A DNA stretch of 64,000 nt, from IMG/VR virus record IMGVR_UViG_3300032007_000057, positions 1 through 64,000 of that record. One strand, 5' to 3'. Numbering within the stretch: the first letter of the stretch is position 1; each line of letters starts with the position of its first letter. Under the pieces are notes generated by a model. The model was given only the letters and a program-made list of their open reading frames with translations. It was not told the origin of the DNA and did no database searches. A program made the translations under genes and the position numbers. Origin of the DNA: a virus (Duplodnaviria > Heunggongvirae > Uroviricota > Caudoviricetes). This document shows positions 9,275 through 18,103 of this stretch, piece by piece.

Positions 9275-10270
9275 CTACCAACCTATATCATTAGGATCAT
9301 CAACTTTAATCCCAAAGATATCACAAAAATTAGAAATACGATCATCAACTGCAAATTCTTGCATTTTATTATAATTAATTCTAAACTTAGTTAAATCTAA
9401 TGTACCATTAGTAGGAATAGTAATACAATCTAACTTACCTTCTTTACCCATTGTACCAGATCGAACTAAATCTGTCAAGCGTCTTTGTGTATCTGAATCA
9501 AATTGACCTATATCAATTTCTTCCAAGTCAAATCTATAGCCTCTATCCATTACTCTAAAGGTACTTCCATAAATTGCATTATATACCAACATAGATTTAA
9601 CTGATCTTGGCAGTCTATCTTGGGCATAGTTTTCTTTATTCCAAGAACTTGGAATAGCACAATAAACTGTACCTGTTTTTAACTGCTCAACATATCTACC
9701 TCTATAATCATCAATCTTAGTGGTAAGCTCTTCTTTACTGATTCCTTTCTTAAGGATATGCTCAATAAAATCATTTAACATATCTCTGCTAAATTGAGGA
9801 TAATCAGATCTTACAACTTCTATACCACTAATACTGATTTTATCCAAAGGCTTTCCTTCTTTGGAAACTAACCAAATAGCATACTTCTTTTTGATTTCCA
9901 GAAACAAAGCTCTTCTAATAACAAGTTCCTGTTTAAAATTAAAGTTAAACTTTTTAGCCGAAGATTCTGTAGGAGATGTATTATGCATATTAAGAAGTTC
10001 ATGAATCATTACATTATTAATATACTGTGCTACAGATTCATTCAATTCAATAACTTTATCTATCTTTTCCTTGTCAGAAATTTCATCATAATCTTTTCCA
10101 TAAATTGCTTTCAATGCATCGCCATATTTAGTAAAAATTGAATCTGTATTATGAACTAATATGTCATTTGCAAAAAAACAATGATCATCATCTGGCATTT
10201 CAATATCATATACATCAATAGGTTCTTCTGGAGTAATCACTTCTATTGATTTAACACTCTCTATCTTCAT
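9275..10270 (-). CDS. DNA polymerase B C-terminal fragment, preceded by a split-intein C-half (IntC, about 41 aa)
   Basis: Starts MKIESVKS...VYDIEMPDDDHCFFANDILVHN|TDSIF. That is intein blocks F/G ending in HN, then the +1 Thr, which is the TDS half of pol motif C (YGD|TDS). A KKKYA (KKRY) motif lies further downstream. Confidence 0.8.
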   Translation of the reverse strand: MKIESVKSIEVITPEEPIDVYDIEMPDDDHCFFANDILVHNTDSIFTKYGDALKAIYGKDYDEISDKEKIDKVIELNESVAQYINNVMIHELLNMHNTSPTESSAKKFNFNFKQELVIRRALFLEIKKKYAIWLVSKEGKPLDKISISGIEVVRSDYPQFSRDMLNDFIEHILKKGISKEELTTKIDDYRGRYVEQLKTGTVYCAIPSSWNKENYAQDRLPRSVKSMLVYNAIYGSTFRVMDRGYRFDLEEIDIGQFDSDTQRRLTDLVRSGTMGKEGKLDCITIPTNGTLDLTKFRINYNKMQEFAVDDRISNFCDIFGIKVDDPNDIGW

Positions 10271-10293
10271 TTTCCTTCACCACCCATATAATG

Positions 10294-10322
10294 ATTCTAT
10301 CAGACTCGGCATACTTTGTCAA
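10294..10322 (-). promoter_or_regulatory. Sigma70-like promoter (TTGACA-17-TAGAAT) for the polymerase C-fragment gene
   Basis: Minus-strand TTGACA, 17 nt, TAGAAT, then SD GGTGAAGGAAAATG. The -35 element abuts the degenerate terminal CRISPR repeat. Confidence 0.55.
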
Positions 10323-10324
10323 TA

Positions 10325-10950
10325 ATTACACAATATTCTTATTTGTAGGTCCTGTATAGTATGGGCAATACAATACTAATCAGGTATCAATTATACGATA
10401 TTCTTATTTGTAAGTCCACATGGTAAAACAATTCCACTACTCCAAAAGCTCATAGTTATACGATACCCTTATTTATAAGTAACGTATAGTGAGTATACCA
10501 GAACTGAAAGAGCACGTCAAGTTATACGATACTCTTTATTTGTAAGTGTCGTATAGTGCTAAAATACTCATGTTTAAAATGTCTGTTATACGATACCCTT
10601 ATTTGTAAGTACCGTATAGTAACATCATTAAATTTCATTTTTACATCACTGTTATACGATACCCTTATTTGTAAGTACCGTATAGTATGTGATGGACCAT
10701 GCAGGAAGAAGATAGCGTTATACGATACCCTTATTTGTAAGTACCGTATAGTGATGATGAGGTAATAGCAGTAATAGTTAGAGTTATACGATACCCTTAT
10801 TTGTAAGTACCGTATAGTCACCCAAATCAGCATACTCTTTAATATCATGTTATACGATACCCTTATTTGTAAGTACCGTATAGTTCTTTTTTATCGTCTG
10901 TTGTATCTTCTTTTGTTATACGATACCCTTATTTGTAAGTACCGTATAGT
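10325..10950 (-). CRISPR. CRISPR array. 36-nt repeat GTTATACGATACCCTTATTTGTAAGTACCGTATAGT (plus-strand reading), 10 units, 27-30-nt spacers. Six perfect units (starts 10585, 10651, 10717, 10783, 10849, 10915). Four progressively degenerate units at the distal end (starts about 10325, 10390, 10455, 10521).
   Basis: Read directly. Units are regularly spaced at 66 nt. All nine spacers between them are unique. Repeat ends are palindromic (TATACG...CGTATA). Degeneration increases away from the cas gene, so the leader is on the cas12 side. Confidence 0.9.
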
Positions 10951-11161
10951 ATCCTATACGCAAACTCTTACAAATACTGAGTTTATTCAATATTCAGTTG
11001 TAAAAAACAGCATTTTCCATACGTAAAAACAAATAAAAAGTATCGTATCCGAATAAATCCGGAGGCAGTTAATTTTCATTAACTTTATTTAAATTCACAT
11101 CGCTGATTCTGATGATCTTATTTAAATGGGTTTGCCAAACTTACCCAAATACATCCCCTGT
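10951..11161 (-). promoter_or_regulatory. CRISPR leader / candidate tracrRNA region
   Basis: AT-rich 210-nt region between the array and the cas12 stop. Contains repeat-like segments in inverted orientation at about 11024-11050 and 10968-10977. See findings. Confidence 0.4.
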
Positions 11162-12646
11162 TTATTTAGGGAATTTAGAATACTTTAGACCTTCAATTAC
11201 GTCTTTAACTCTCATCCTAACTGGATGAAATGGATGGTATCCAACCCAACTAAAATCTGGAATTGCTTTTCTCATAATACCCATAGCGCCATTTACATCA
11301 GCATTCACCAACTTTCCAACCCCAGAAGAAAACAATCCTCTGTGAATTCTTTTACCAAAGTTAGCCTCATCTCTAGTTTCAGGGTCTTCTTTAGTAGCCA
11401 AGGGAGCATTTCTAAGATGATCTGTTTTACTAGTATAAGACTCTTCAACAATCTCGAAGCTTATGCCCCTCATTTTACACTTATATTCGAGTTTGTCAAG
11501 TAGTTTTTTAAAAGGAAAGTTAACAATAATTTGATTATTTTTATGCCCAGTATTGATCTTCTGCTTCATATCTTTATTCCAACCGCAAATAACTCTACAA
11601 ATATTATAATGGAGGCAATATCTAACAATATACTTAGTATATGCATCAACGATATAATTTATACGATTAATATGATTCTTTGTCATTGCTTCAATTCTCT
11701 TAGTAGTATACTGCTTAGGTCTTTTCTTCCCATTTTCATCAGTAATAACTTCAATCTTATGTTTAAGTTTATCTACCATTAAATGATAAAATCTAATTTT
11801 AGATTTCAAAGCATTACCATCAAGGATAACTGGATTAAGTTTATCATCACTAGTAATTATAGTACAAAAATTTCTAATACCCAAATCAATACTAAGATAT
11901 CGTTTATTATCAAGTTTAGGAACCGATTCATTATACGTATAAATTATTTCAATCTTAAAATATCCTTTTTTAGGAATTATCCTAACTTGGTCAATTCTTT
12001 TTCCTTTTACATACTCCGAATTATGTGGCAATTTTTGAAGTGGGATATAAATGCTTTTATTATATCCATCCGTTCCCCTCGGCTTAGGAAACACAAGACT
12101 TCTAGTTTTTGAGTTAATTTTAATAGAAGTACCAGAAAAGTATAATGGGCACAGATCTCCTTTTTTATAAAAACCGGGCTTTCTTGGCATTCCTTTATAT
12201 TTTTCCGGGTGCCTACTCCAATCCCCAAGGGATCTTCCATATGATTTTAAATTTTTAGATAGTAATGTTCTAATTACCTCTGTAGTTGCATCTCTACCTA
12301 CAAGATTTTTAAGTAGTTCCCAATTACTTTTACCCTCAAGATTTTTAGTATAATACTCACCGTTCTCATCTTGTTCACTGGCATATCTCCTCAAACTCAT
12401 TACTTTAAAAAAATCATCGACAGGTTTTTCAAAACCAACGTATTCGTCTGGAAACCAAGGAAAAGACTTACCAGTTTCTTTTTTATATTGTTCTCTAACC
12501 GGGTCATAAGCTTCTTTAAACTCATAAGCATAGTACAGTGTCTGATTATACAAATTCTTAGCAACAGTACATGCTTCTACAAGCCAATCATATACTTCTT
12601 CATTTCCAGGTCTTCTATAAAAGTTAAAACTAGCAGTAAGTTGCAT
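11162..12646 (-). CDS. cas12: Miniature type V CRISPR effector (Cas12f/TnpB-like RuvC nuclease), 494 aa
   Basis: TnpB-type N-terminus (..LYNQTLYYAYE). RuvC-I LSIDLGIRNF, RuvC-II IVEESYTSKTD, RuvC-III NADVNGAMGI. No CxxC...CxxC zinc finger between RuvC-II and RuvC-III. SD GAGGGGG before the ATG. Directly flanked by the CRISPR array. Confidence 0.85.
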   Translation of the reverse strand: MQLTASFNFYRRPGNEEVYDWLVEACTVAKNLYNQTLYYAYEFKEAYDPVREQYKKETGKSFPWFPDEYVGFEKPVDDFFKVMSLRRYASEQDENGEYYTKNLEGKSNWELLKNLVGRDATTEVIRTLLSKNLKSYGRSLGDWSRHPEKYKGMPRKPGFYKKGDLCPLYFSGTSIKINSKTRSLVFPKPRGTDGYNKSIYIPLQKLPHNSEYVKGKRIDQVRIIPKKGYFKIEIIYTYNESVPKLDNKRYLSIDLGIRNFCTIITSDDKLNPVILDGNALKSKIRFYHLMVDKLKHKIEVITDENGKKRPKQYTTKRIEAMTKNHINRINYIVDAYTKYIVRYCLHYNICRVICGWNKDMKQKINTGHKNNQIIVNFPFKKLLDKLEYKCKMRGISFEIVEESYTSKTDHLRNAPLATKEDPETRDEANFGKRIHRGLFSSGVGKLVNADVNGAMGIMRKAIPDFSWVGYHPFHPVRMRVKDVIEGLKYSKFPK

Positions 12647-12708
12647 TGCCTTGGTTTCCCCCTCAATTGTCTTTTGTTATAACATAACTATACTATATAA
12701 AACATTTA

Positions 12709-13818
12709 TCAAGAGGCTTTATTAAAAACCTTATATCCATTACGAGCTGTCTTATCTTCACATAAGATAATAAATTTAGGATAGCTATTACTATTAAAAT
12801 AAGTTGCTCTCTTACAGTGCTTACACGATAAGCACTGAATCATCACTGGTGCCTTTTTCCTTATATGGTAGTCCTGAAATTGTGGGCAAAAATTAACGTT
12901 TGATGTAACAATCGACCTTGGAAATTCGTTTCTAAAAAATGTCCACTGTCTTGTTAGATCTAATCCATTAAAATTTTTATTTTCTAATATATTCTTAAAC
13001 TTCTTTTGTTCCATATATTCTATAATGTCAGTCTCTTTTAAAGCATCTAATCCCTCATCAGTTAGATTGTCATAAAACCTATCTACATACCATTTAACTC
13101 CGTTTGTAACTCGAAAAGCGTATTCATAAGATCTATCACAAACTAGGTCGCTCTCACCACTTCTATGAATCCAATTGCATGGAATACTGCCGCTTAAGTA
13201 TGCCTGTTTTAATTCGTCATATGTAGATTCTCTATTTACTTTAGATAAGTCATACTCTACAACATAAAAATTATTAGTATCTATAGATTTAATTAAATCT
13301 AGTTTTACATCATCTACTCCATGGGTTACTGTTACTTCAAGATACACGCTACATGGAGAGCTATTAAATCCAAACATTTCCTCATAACTAACATCATAGC
13401 ATGTCAAATCGGGTCTAATATATTTCCCATTAGCACAATTTAAATTTTTTTCAAGATAACCCTTATTAAATTTATAAAAATTTGATTCTTTAATCCTAAT
13501 ATATGATGTGCCCATACTAAGCGTATTAGGATTTATAATATTACCATTCCAATCAATATCTAATTCAGGCATCCTACATAGGCCTGTTTCCATAATAATC
13601 TTTTTCATGCCTAAATGTAAATTAGTCTCTCCATGAACATAAACTGAAGCTGGACATTTACTATTCGGTAAATGTGAAAAATGATGACCAACAATATTAC
13701 CTTTTTTAGCTACTAAAGGCTCCCCGCATATAGGGCAGATATAATTATGCAACCCAGACACTACTTCAGAAATATTCTTAATGCTACCGTCTATCAAACA
13801 ATATTCTAACTGAGCCAC
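12709..13818 (-). CDS. CoiA-like nuclease-family protein (N-terminal Cys/His zinc finger)
   Basis: CPICGEPLVAKKGNIVGHHFSHLPNSKC matches the CoiA-family N-terminal C..C...HHFAH..C signature. 369 aa, co-oriented and 62 nt upstream of cas12. Confidence 0.55.
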   Translation of the reverse strand: MAQLEYCLIDGSIKNISEVVSGLHNYICPICGEPLVAKKGNIVGHHFSHLPNSKCPASVYVHGETNLHLGMKKIIMETGLCRMPELDIDWNGNIINPNTLSMGTSYIRIKESNFYKFNKGYLEKNLNCANGKYIRPDLTCYDVSYEEMFGFNSSPCSVYLEVTVTHGVDDVKLDLIKSIDTNNFYVVEYDLSKVNRESTYDELKQAYLSGSIPCNWIHRSGESDLVCDRSYEYAFRVTNGVKWYVDRFYDNLTDEGLDALKETDIIEYMEQKKFKNILENKNFNGLDLTRQWTFFRNEFPRSIVTSNVNFCPQFQDYHIRKKAPVMIQCLSCKHCKRATYFNSNSYPKFIILCEDKTARNGYKVFNKAS

Positions 13819-13870
13819 AGCATATACCCTCTTTTCATTTATAAACTCTAGTTTATAATATATCTAATTA

Positions 13871-14581
13871 TTAAATTTTCTCCTTAGGGCAATCCTTAGT
13901 CCTATGCTTTTCAGTGCATTTTCCAAACCAGCACTTAGGACCACAACCAATAATCAACAAAGGAAACTGATTCTGGAAGATAATATAGATCCTATCAGCC
14001 AATTCTCTAATACCACTTTGAGCTCTCATACACATTCGCAATTCCATAAAGTGCCTAAGCTCTCTTAGATTCATAGTCATAACCAAAGAAGTCTGAGTAG
14101 CATTAGGAAGAATCTCTCTAGCATCTTCTTTAGGAATTCCATCTTCAATATATGCATTATACAAATCAAATGTATCCTTAAGATGCTGTTCAAACAAAGC
14201 CTGTGCATGAGGATTATTTTTAATTGATTCTGGGATAGTAAACTCTTCAGGTCGCATCGTAGTATATCTTTGACTTCTCTGAGAATAAGAAGCAATCCTA
14301 TGACGAACAAGCTGATGGCTAACACTTCTACTAATACCTTCAATAAAAAAGGTAAAATTAGCATGTTCAAGTGGAGATTCATGACCATTTTCCAGAAGCA
14401 TTTTTACCATCTTGTCTTGATACTCTTTATTTAAACACTTCTCTTTCAATTTGTCAAGAGTCAAATCTGAATAACATGTGGCAGCAGCTAAAGTAATTAC
14501 AAATTCAGGATCCTCAGTATTACTAATCAAAGTTACATTCATAATCGTCATCATCCCTTCTGATATCATATTTAAAGTCAT
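13871..14581 (-). CDS. thyX: Flavin-dependent thymidylate synthase ThyX
   Basis: ThyX signature RHRIASYSQRSQRY (RHR-x7-S...R). Start may be an internal Met, because the ORF overlaps the upstream gene by 59 nt. Confidence 0.85.
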   Translation of the reverse strand: MTLNMISEGMMTIMNVTLISNTEDPEFVITLAAATCYSDLTLDKLKEKCLNKEYQDKMVKMLLENGHESPLEHANFTFFIEGISRSVSHQLVRHRIASYSQRSQRYTTMRPEEFTIPESIKNNPHAQALFEQHLKDTFDLYNAYIEDGIPKEDAREILPNATQTSLVMTMNLRELRHFMELRMCMRAQSGIRELADRIYIIFQNQFPLLIIGCGPKCWFGKCTEKHRTKDCPKEKI

Positions 14582-14954
14582 TACCTAGGTAATCACCATA
14601 ACTATCATCAAATTCATCAGTTTCTAGCAAAAACTTATCTGATCTAAAATAAACTTCATCTTTAATGCGTTCTTGTTTATCTTCAATAAAAGAGCACAAA
14701 TATGGGTCATCATCATTAAAATGTCTTACAATTGATTCTAGGATATAATATTGTTTTCTTTGTGAATCATTCATACAATCAATACAAACATCTTCTTCAA
14801 AATCTTTTCCAATATCAGATTCATATAATTTAGTAGCCAGTTCAGCAATACTTTCTACAGTTTTCTTATTAAGATCTGTATGTTTTTGAAGTGCATTATC
14901 ATCAAACTTAGCATATTCATTAAGAACATCTTTTTTAGAAATCATCATTATCAC
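14523..14954 (-). CDS. Hypothetical acidic protein (143 aa)
   Basis: ORF. Confidence 0.45.
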   Translation of the reverse strand: MIMMISKKDVLNEYAKFDDNALQKHTDLNKKTVESIAELATKLYESDIGKDFEEDVCIDCMNDSQRKQYYILESIVRHFNDDDPYLCSFIEDKQERIKDEVYFRSDKFLLETDEFDDSYGDYLGNDFKYDIRRDDDDYECNFD

Positions 14955-15615
14955 CTCTGCTCATTTGTGAAAAAACATCAGCCATCCCATCATCATAATG
15001 ACCTTCCAAAAGGTCAATAGCTCTATCAACAGCTTTTTGATCTTTAATATCTCTACTAACTTCAGTTAATACTGCACAAGCTTTTTGAATTATTTCATCA
15101 TCATATTGATGAGAAGTTATTTCGTGGAAATATTTATTTGATCTACTAACAAATTTAATCAGTGTATTCTCATTAAACTTTTTAGATTTAATTTTAGTAA
15201 CTGGATCAATAAGGCTTTTATAAACTTTAATAAAAAATTCTTTATCAATAGGGCCTTCTACAATAGGTTCTATAGGTTTATTAAAAGTACCATCTTTCTT
15301 TTTCTGCTCAATAATCTGCTCTTCAGTATGATTCTCTAGAATATACTGAATTCTAGCTTCAAGTCTTTTTCTAAGAGTAGGATCTTTAGGAACATTTTCC
15401 TGAATAGCTCTAAGAATACAAATCTCTTTAATTTGCTTAGGTAAGTACTTTTTATCTTCAGGCATATTTGGAAGTGTTTCTGGATTCTGAAGATATTCAT
15501 TTCCTTTAGCAGTCATAGCTCTAATAACTGGTCCTTGGAGTTTAGTAGAGGTTACCTGGGCAATCTGATTAAATTTTCTATAGTGTGACAATACATTACC
15601 TTGTGTTACTTGCAT
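14935..15615 (-). CDS. Hypothetical protein (226 aa)
   Basis: ORF. Confidence 0.45.
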   Translation of the reverse strand: MQVTQGNVLSHYRKFNQIAQVTSTKLQGPVIRAMTAKGNEYLQNPETLPNMPEDKKYLPKQIKEICILRAIQENVPKDPTLRKRLEARIQYILENHTEEQIIEQKKKDGTFNKPIEPIVEGPIDKEFFIKVYKSLIDPVTKIKSKKFNENTLIKFVSRSNKYFHEITSHQYDDEIIQKACAVLTEVSRDIKDQKAVDRAIDLLEGHYDDGMADVFSQMSRGDNDDF

Positions 15616-15941
15616 TCACATTCCCTGCCTTTTAAAATGATAGACATATTGTCATAAGCAGAATCCAGAATTAATCCCAAATCATGTATATATGCAGCTA
15701 TACATTCTTCAAAAGCTTTATAGATACTAACTTCTTTTTTACGTTGATCAGATAATTTAAAAAAATTATCCAGTTCAGTTTGATCAAGATTTTTAGGATT
15801 CTCAAGAAATCTATTAGCATAATCCACAATATCTTGTATCAATTCTTTTGGGAGATGATCTCTAGTAGTTATAGAAGATTCATTATCTGAATCATAATTA
15901 CAATATACCCATTCATCAATAACGTCATCTCTGGTTATCAA
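15606..15941 (-). CDS. Hypothetical protein (111 aa)
   Basis: ORF. Confidence 0.4.
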   Translation of the reverse strand: MITRDDVIDEWVYCNYDSDNESSITTRDHLPKELIQDIVDYANRFLENPKNLDQTELDNFFKLSDQRKKEVSIYKAFEECIAAYIHDLGLILDSAYDNMSIILKGRECECK

Positions 15942-16104
15942 TATAAGTATCTCCTTCTAATATCCTCATTTACCCAATTCTTTCTAAACCAAGTATCATC
16001 ATCTAAATGAACCTTATCATATTCACACAGCTTATTCCAAATAGATTGGATAATCAACAGCTCTTTCTCAGTCTTACATGGCATAAAATCAAATAGTAAT
16101 TGTG

Positions 16105-16485
16105 TCATCGTTCTGTAAGGGGTCGTTCTGTATAAAAGTTAGAAGTATTTTCTGATTTAATAACTCTAACTGCATCATCATAAGTTTTATCTTTAAAGTA
16201 TTTCTTATATTTTTCCATTTTCTGTTCAAGTTCACCAGGTCTAAGTCTAACTTCTTTTTGATTAACAAATACCTTAGGCTTAAGAGTAGCTCTATCAACT
16301 ACAATAATATATGATGGAATTTTATCGCTAGGAAGTTTCTGAATAGCTTCTTTCAAAGCTTCATAATGTGCTTTTACTCCAAATTCAGAATATGGTTTAT
16401 AGATATCCTCAGCAATTCTGCTGTCCATTCCAAAATACATAACATCAAAATGACCTGCACCAGTAACTACTTTTGTTTCAGACAT
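16105..16485 (-). CDS. Hypothetical protein (126 aa)
   Basis: ORF. The 16089..16298 ORF is an alternative frame of the same region. Confidence 0.45.
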   Translation of the reverse strand: MSETKVVTGAGHFDVMYFGMDSRIAEDIYKPYSEFGVKAHYEALKEAIQKLPSDKIPSYIIVVDRATLKPKVFVNQKEVRLRPGELEQKMEKYKKYFKDKTYDDAVRVIKSENTSNFYTERPLTER

Positions 16486-16552
16486 TTAATCATTGCTCCT
16501 TTCAATTTTATATAAGGAGTATATCAGAAAATCAAAGCCATGTCAATATAAA

Positions 16553-16592
16553 AAATCTCTGAGATCAAGAGACCTCAGAGATTTGTTTATTT
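16553..16592 (-). terminator. Rho-independent terminator
   Basis: Minus strand: AAATCTCTGAGgtctcttgatCTCAGAGATTT, an 11-bp stem, then TTTTTATATT. Confidence 0.6.
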
Positions 16593-17191
16593 TCATTAGC
16601 ATCTTCTTTTTTAGTGGTTGCTTTTTTTCTTTTAGCCTTTGTTACAGGAGCTGCTAATGGTTCTGGTGCTGATTTCATTTTCATTGCTAATTCTTCCATA
16701 GTAGGTAATGGCTTTTTAGGCATCTTAGGCTTCTTAGGAGCTTGTCTATCTAAGGCAGCCATTTCAGCTTCCAATTGTTTAACTTGTTCGTCAATACCTA
16801 CTACCTCAGGAAACATTTCTTCACTAGATTTAGTTCTAGAGATTCCCTTTGGAAGTTTTTCTTCTTCTTTTTTAATAGCATCTTTTTGAGATGTCCAGGT
16901 AGGATCGAAAGGATTACTATTCTTAGAAGTAATAGCTCTGACACCAGAAGTAAGTTTTTCTACTGGCTTAGGTGACTCCTCCTCAATACTAAATGATGAG
17001 AAATCTTCTACTGGTTCATCCTTAACACTAAGTGTATTAAAATCTAATGGAGATGTAGTAGTAGCTTCAGCTAAAAACTGTTTAAACCTTTTATTCATCA
17101 GATCAACTTTTTTAGCCAATTTCATCTGATTAGTAGCTATTACTTTCATAAGCTCCATTATATTTTTTGACACTGAGTTCATCAAAATCAC
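16565..17191 (-). CDS. Hypothetical Lys-rich protein (208 aa)
   Basis: ORF. Confidence 0.45.
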   Translation of the reverse strand: MILMNSVSKNIMELMKVIATNQMKLAKKVDLMNKRFKQFLAEATTTSPLDFNTLSVKDEPVEDFSSFSIEEESPKPVEKLTSGVRAITSKNSNPFDPTWTSQKDAIKKEEEKLPKGISRTKSSEEMFPEVVGIDEQVKQLEAEMAALDRQAPKKPKMPKKPLPTMEELAMKMKSAPEPLAAPVTKAKRKKATTKKEDANENKQISEVS

Positions 17192-17523
17192 TCAGCTTTC
17201 TTTTTCTTAGGAGGTCTACCTCTTTTTCTCTTAACTGGAGCAGGAGGAGTAACCTCTTCCTTAACTTCTTCAACAACAGGTTTTTCAACAGGTTTTTCAA
17301 CAGGCTTTTCAGCAGGTTGTTCTTTGACCTCTTCAGTCTTAGTCTGCTTACTAGCAGCCTCTGCTTCAAAATCCTCTTTTGTTTTAATTGGAAACTTGTA
17401 AATATGTCCTTTATCATTAGTTCCAATCAAAACACTATCATTACTAAGCGGAGCTTCAGCCAAACCCATTCTTCTGCAAATTTCCAAAGCTTCAGCTCTG
17501 GTATATTTTTTCAAATTAGCCAA
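17188..17523 (-). CDS. Putative DNA-binding protein with PVEKP repeats and a C-terminal AT-hook (RGRPPKKKK)
   Basis: N-terminal helix-rich motif KKYTRAEALEICRRMGL. Three PVEKPVEKPVEKP repeats. GRP AT-hook core. Confidence 0.45.
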   Translation of the reverse strand: MANLKKYTRAEALEICRRMGLAEAPLSNDSVLIGTNDKGHIYKFPIKTKEDFEAEAASKQTKTEEVKEQPAEKPVEKPVEKPVVEEVKEEVTPPAPVKRKRGRPPKKKKAE

Positions 17524-17553
17524 TTAGATCTTCCTTTCTATTATAGTTTATTT

Positions 17554-18093
17554 TTATAAAGTCCAACTCTTTAAAGTATTGGCAAACCAAACTTCACCAT
17601 TTGGAGTAAACATGTCCACGATATCAACACTATTATTACCAGAAGTACCTGGCTCAATACCATTCATCCAAACAACTGAATCAGGCCAAGTAATCCCTTT
17701 AGAAGGATTCTTAATAATCACTTTGATATGCCTTGCTAAAGTACTTCTGTTATTAGTAATTGATGCATCTGTAGGCACATCCAAAATAGATATTGTAACC
17801 GAACCAGCTAATACTAAATAAAACATATCATAATTGTTAGTATTCAACTGGATAGAACCCATAGCGTTCTCATCTATAGAACACATTCTAAAGCCAGCAA
17901 GTCTATTAATATCTGCTAAGGTAGTAGGTCTGGCATCATTACTAACAGTTAAATTAGCCAATTCATGTGTATGATTTCTAAACTGACTAGCAGACACTTT
18001 CTCATTAAGTTCCTGAGTAATCTTTGTCTCCAATTGATTATGGTATCTCTGTAGGTTTTCAAAAGTTACTAAATTATCACTCATAATAATCAT
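17554..18093 (-). CDS. Hypothetical protein (179 aa)
   Basis: ORF immediately downstream of the polymerase N-fragment. Confidence 0.5.
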   Translation of the reverse strand: MIIMSDNLVTFENLQRYHNQLETKITQELNEKVSASQFRNHTHELANLTVSNDARPTTLADINRLAGFRMCSIDENAMGSIQLNTNNYDMFYLVLAGSVTISILDVPTDASITNNRSTLARHIKVIIKNPSKGITWPDSVVWMNGIEPGTSGNNSVDIVDMFTPNGEVWFANTLKSWTL

Positions 18094-18103
18094 TCTCCTT
18101 TCC

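Noticed and set aside
10522-10848. ORFs 10522..10848 (-) and 10556..10765 (+) with repetitive peptides (TIRYLQIRVSYN... / LYDTLICKYRIV...)
   Set aside because: These are translations of the CRISPR repeats themselves. Periodic identical peptide blocks show they are not genes.
11162-12646. Interpreting the 494-aa protein as a plain IS200/605 TnpB transposon remnant
   Set aside because: No TnpA and no IS-end hairpins were noticed. It is followed by a regular multi-spacer array with unique spacers, which an omega-RNA locus would not have. This is not fully excluded, as noted in the findings.
9200-14600. Search for cas1, cas2 and cas4 adaptation genes flanking the array
   Set aside because: Neighbours are ThyX, a CoiA-like nuclease and the polymerase fragment. 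None has Cas1 or Cas2 features. The Cas4-like nuclease at 42540 is 30 kb away and on the other transcription unit.
17554-18093. ORF directly downstream of the polymerase N-fragment as a possible continuation of the intein or polymerase
   Set aside because: Its sequence shows no intein blocks or pol motifs. IntN already terminates with block B, and IntC is found with the C-fragment at 10270.
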